From: an uncultured Verrucomicrobiae bacterium
GTDB lineage: Bacteria; Verrucomicrobiota; Verrucomicrobiia; Chthoniobacterales; JAFAMB01
Direction: 5' to 3'
Assembly: GCA_963813025.1 (NCBI GenBank)
Contig: CAWEXO010000014.1
Coordinates: forward strand, 416,001-480,000
Length of the DNA stretch: 64,000 nucleotides
The translations under genes and the position numbers were made by a program. The notes below the pieces were generated by a model. It searched no databases, had not been told where the DNA came from, and saw only the letters and a program-made list of their open reading frames with translations. Every line of letters begins with the position of its first letter. Within the stretch, counting starts at the first letter, position 1. Positions 59,912-64,000 of this stretch are shown here, in pieces.

Positions 59912-61001
59912 CCATTTTTCCTTTCGGCGAGTTGTTGTCACGGGAGGCGCCGGCTTTATTGGATCTTCCGTGTGTCGTCACTTGGTTCGCCATAGCTCAG
60001 CCGAAATCTTCAACTTCGATAAGCTGACTTACGCTGGTAATCTGGAGTCGCTGCGTGAGGTCTCCGGCGACGGGCGCTACCATTTCCAAAGGGGCGATAT
60101 CACCGATAAATCCGCAGTAGAGAAGCTTTTTGCGGAAGTCGCTCCGGACGCATTGATCCATCTGGCTGCCGAAAGTCATGTGGACCCGTCAATCACCGGA
60201 TCGCGCAACTTCATCGAGACTAACATCTTGGGTACCTACACGCTTCTAGAGTGTGCGCGGCATTACTGGAGCGGCTTGAACGCGGAAAGGCAAAATGTGT
60301 TCCGCTTGCTCCATGTTTCCACCGACGAAGTCTATGGTTCGCTCGGGTTTGACGGTTTTTTTACGGAAAACACCGCCTATGATCCCTCGTCACCGTACGC
60401 GGCCTCGAAGGCCGCGGCCGACCATTTGGCGGTTGCCTGGCATCGCACCTACGGTCTGCCGGTCATTGTTTCCAATTGTTCAAATAATTACGGACCGTTT
60501 CATTTCCCGGAAAAATTGATCCCCCTCACAATTTTGAATGCGCTCGAGGGAAAACCTCTGCCATTGTATGGTGACGGTTCAAATGTGCGAGACTGGCTTT
60601 ACGTCGAGGATCACGCCAGGGCGCTGTCGCTCATTGCGGCAAACGGCCGGCCGGGTCAGACATACAATGTCGGCGGCCGAAACGAGAGAACTAATCTGCA
60701 GGTTGTGGAGACAATCTGCTCGATTCTCGATCAATTGCGTCCGGAGGGTTCTCCTCACCGGCGCTTGATCACGTTTGTTACCGATCGTCCTGGGCACGAT
60801 CGACGCTATGCGATCGATGCGACCAAGCTCACGAGCGAGCTTGGATGGCAGGCCCGAGAGAACTTTGAATCGGGTGTTGCGAAAACGGTTCGTTGGTTCC
60901 TGAACAATGAATGGTGGTGGCGACCCTTGCGAAAGAACGTCTACGCCGGCCAACGTATTGGTTTGTTGAGCGAGGAGAGCTGCGGATGCGGATTGTTGTG
61001 A
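59901..61001 (+). CDS. rfbB: dTDP-glucose 4,6-dehydratase
   Basis: [40 protein letters not shown]. Confidence 0.96.
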   Translation: MTDNHFSFRRVVVTGGAGFIGSSVCRHLVRHSSAEIFNFDKLTYAGNLESLREVSGDGRYHFQRGDITDKSAVEKLFAEVAPDALIHLAAESHVDPSITGSRNFIETNILGTYTLLECARHYWSGLNAERQNVFRLLHVSTDEVYGSLGFDGFFTENTAYDPSSPYAASKAAADHLAVAWHRTYGLPVIVSNCSNNYGPFHFPEKLIPLTILNALEGKPLPLYGDGSNVRDWLYVEDHARALSLIAANGRPGQTYNVGGRNERTNLQVVETICSILDQLRPEGSPHRRLITFVTDRPGHDRRYAIDATKLTSELGWQARENFESGVAKTVRWFLNNEWWWRPLRKNVYAGQRIGLLSEESCGCGLL

Positions 61002-61871
61002 CCGGCACCAAAGGGCAAGTAGCCCAGGCATTAGTCAGCGCGGGCGGAGAATCGGAGGTAATCGCGGTGGGTAGGCCAAGCCTTGATCTCACTGATCCGG
61101 AGAGCGTTCGAAGTGCGTTGATGAGTGCCGAGCCAGATGTGTTGGTAAACGCTGCCGCCTATACAGCAGTTGACCGAGCCGAAGGCGAGTCGGAGCAGGC
61201 GTTCGCCATCAACGCGCGAGGAGCGGGCGCAGTAGCGGAAGCAGCCCGCGAGTTGCAGGTGCCCGTCATTCAACTTTCCACCGATTACGTTTATGACGGA
61301 ACAAAGACAGAACCTTACGTGGAAGCCGACCGGGTCGCGCCCTGTAACGTGTATGGAGCGTCCAAGTTGGCGGGGGAAGATGCTGTCCGGGCGGCCACGC
61401 CGAACCATGTGATTCTGCGGACCGCCTGGGTATACTCCCCGTTTGGTAAGAATTTTGTCCGTACGATGCTACAGTTGGCTCAAACGAAAGAGGAGGTACG
61501 CGTCATTGCAGATCAACGGGGCTGTCCGACTTCAGCTCGGGAGATTGCGCGAGCGATAGTTTCCGTTGCTCAGCGGTTAGGTCACGACTCGAATCCGTCG
61601 CTCCGCGGGATCTACCACTTGGCAGGGAGTGGCGAGACCACCTGGGCCGACCTCGCAGACACGATTTTTTCTCAAATCGAACGAAAGTGGAAACGGCGGC
61701 CGGCGGTGCGACGAATTAGCACGGAGGAGTTTCCCACTCCCGCCCGACGACCGCAAAACTCTCCGTCTGAACTGCGACAAGCTGAAAAGGGATTACGGTA
61801 TCAATATACCTGACTGGCAGGAATCTTTGCGCGTCTGTTTGGAAGAGATTGATGGCGCGACAAAGCCTTGA
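60986..61871 (+). pseudogene. rfbD: dTDP-4-dehydrorhamnose reductase with a +1 frameshift near 61760 (possibly a sequencing error)
   Basis: GQV, AAYTAVD, STDYVYDG, YGASK; tail RLNCDKL..W..SL lies in another frame. Confidence 0.85.
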
Positions 61872-61947
61872 AAGCCTTCCTATTTCCAAAGGGATGGAAG
61901 TTGTTGAACCTGATTATCGCACTCTGGCTGCCGCTTCCTGATTAGCA

Positions 61948-62821
61948 ATGCGAGGTATTATTTTAGCCGGTGGCACCGGCACTCGGCTTTATCCGGTGAC
62001 TCTTGCTGCCTCAAAGCAGCTTTTGCCGGTTTATGACAAACCGATGATTTATTACCCCCTCAGCGTTTTGATGCTCGCCGGAATCAGAGAAATACTCGTT
62101 ATCTCGACTCCGACCGACCTGCCGCAGTTTCGGCGTTTGCTCGGCGATGGCGCGCGATTGGGAATAAGCTTCTCCTATGCAGAACAACCGCAACCGGGCG
62201 GCTTGGCCCAGGCGTTTATCATTGGCAGAGATTTTGTTCAGGGAAAATGCTCTGCTCTGATCCTTGGTGATAATATTTTCTACGGTCATGGATTGCCTGA
62301 GCTGCTGGGCCCCGGTAAAATCAACCCAACGGGTGCCACCGTTTTTGCCTACCACGTCAATGATCCGGAGCGTTACGGTATTGTCGAATTTAATGCGGCC
62401 GGCCGCGCTGTCGCTATCGAGGAAAAGCCGATCGTGCCCCAGTCAAATTGGGCAGTCACCGGGTTATATTTCTATGACGAGCAGGTCGTAGAAATTGCCG
62501 GGCCAGTTAAAACCTTCAGGCCGGGGTGAATTGGAAATAACCGATGTCAATCGTGCATATCTTGAGCGGGGTCAGCTCAGCGTGAAGCGGATGGGTCGGG
62601 GTTTTGCCTGGTTTGACACCGGTACCTACGACAGCTTACTGGAGGCCTCAAGCTTCGTGCAGACACTGGAAAAACGTCAGGGGCTTCGCATTGCTTGCCC
62701 TGAAGAAATAGCCCATCAGCAGGGCTTCATCACTCGTGACCAGCTAATAAAGCTCGGAGAACAATTCGCGAAAAGCGGTTACGGGAAATACCTGCTCAGC
62801 GTTGCCCAGGAGGACCACTGA
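61948..62821 (+). pseudogene. rfbA: Glucose-1-phosphate thymidylyltransferase with a +1 frameshift near 62500 (possibly a sequencing error)
   Basis: [36 protein letters not shown] continues in another frame after an extra G. Confidence 0.9.
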
Positions 62822-63832
62822 CTTTGCCAATTGACGAACGTCTCAGCGGGCCGGATTGAGTGCCGTCGCCTTGCCGGTCCGTTCAGTTTCGCAACGTCTT
62901 CTCTTAAATCAACTGCAATTGGAGTTAATTGGTCGGATCGATGATCGGACGGGACGGCGTCTGCGGCGCTCAAGATCCAGTCAGTTTGAGTGCGTATCTC
63001 GAGGAGCGAGCGTTTCAAGAGATCCATACGTCGAGCGGCTAAATCCTGATCTGTCATATTCGCTGCGACGTTCATCCCGCCGCGCTTGAGCCAGGCGTAA
63101 ATTCGCAACCGCTCGCATCAGTAATGCGATCCACCAGCCAATCTGTCTGTTTTAATCTTGCTAGTTCTAGCATTATCAATTCGAAGCGTGCCGGTACAAA
63201 TCGCCAAGCGTGGAGATCAACATAGTCTTCTCCAATTCGATCGAGTTGAACAACGCAGTAGCTTGATCGAGCGTATGAAAGAAGGTGAGTTCTTTGATTG
63301 GGTGTTGCCCCCAAGCTCCGACGCCGTCATTCGCCACTACATACGCCATATGCTCGAATGCCGTTTGACATCTGTGCCGAGATCTTAGCTCTCTATGAGC
63401 CGCCAGCGCCTGGCCAGTCGTGCTCAATGCCTGAAAGTAGTCAAAGCAGTAACGCTTGTCCGGAATGGCAAGCACAACAGTGCCTTGTGGTTGCAACAAG
63501 GTTTCCGCGGCATTAAAAAAGGCCAGCAGATCTGGGGTGTGCTCAATGACGTGACTCGCGATGAGCGCGTCAAAGGTTCCGTGGAGGTGAGGCGGTACGG
63601 CATCGATCAGGGCGCCGCCCGACCAGACAAAGTCGACTTCCTCGATCCGATCCACCTCGACACCCCGATGACCGCGATACTTTGTGACCAGTCCTTCGCG
63701 CGTTAGGTGATCAAGCACCTGAGCATTCCAACCATCGGCTTTCGGAGCAACTGGGTTAAAGCTCGGTCCAATTTCAATAATGCGGGCTTGGCGCGGAATT
63801 CTCGAAAGAAGTATTTCATTTCGGCTGGACAT
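62779..63832 (-). pseudogene. Methyltransferase-domain protein with two frameshifts (~63240, ~63100)
   Basis: IEIGPS, ASHVIEH.PD, IPDKRYCFD, then YVDLHAWRF and YAWLKRG in successive frames. Confidence 0.8.
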
Positions 63833-64000
63833 AGGACGGGACGTTCGTTTGCGTGGTACGCTATTTTCGCGCGATTGGGAAAGCAAATGAAACGTCAGAT
63901 GGGTTTGAGGGACTCGGCTGGGTGGAACAGTTGGGCCTCGACGATTTCAGGTTATCGGTGGGCTGGTTACCGGGACAAAACATGCCTGCGCAGTGCTTTT

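Overview
GC-rich bacterial DNA. The tmRNA tag peptide ANEELALAA and the repeat families suggest Verrucomicrobiota (inference). The window has three parts. (1) 1-8070, downstream of the tmRNA 3' end, is a mosaic of regulators and short fused gene fragments, including an IS110 remnant. (2) 8071-9966 holds ssrA, an Rrf2 regulator and a beta-hydroxyacid dehydrogenase. (3) ~10-64 kb is a large surface-glycan locus: GT2/GT4 enzymes, asnB-like amidotransferase, gmd, two epimerases, wzm/wzt, methyltransferases, GT-C-like membrane proteins and rmlCBDA. Its intergenic spaces are filled with at least six repeat families, and it contains a RAYT (TnpA-REP) gene flanked by GTAG REPs. Main finding: an intact IS110 (18654-20338) splits one of these REPs. 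Its non-coding end has a readable bridge-RNA architecture, with target guides, donor guides, handshake bases and a junction promoter. A second, IS621-type IS110 remnant (4612-5125) keeps a bridge RNA whose guides spell the same REP, with a crossover 3 nt away. All calls come from reading the sequence by eye; no searches or folding were run.
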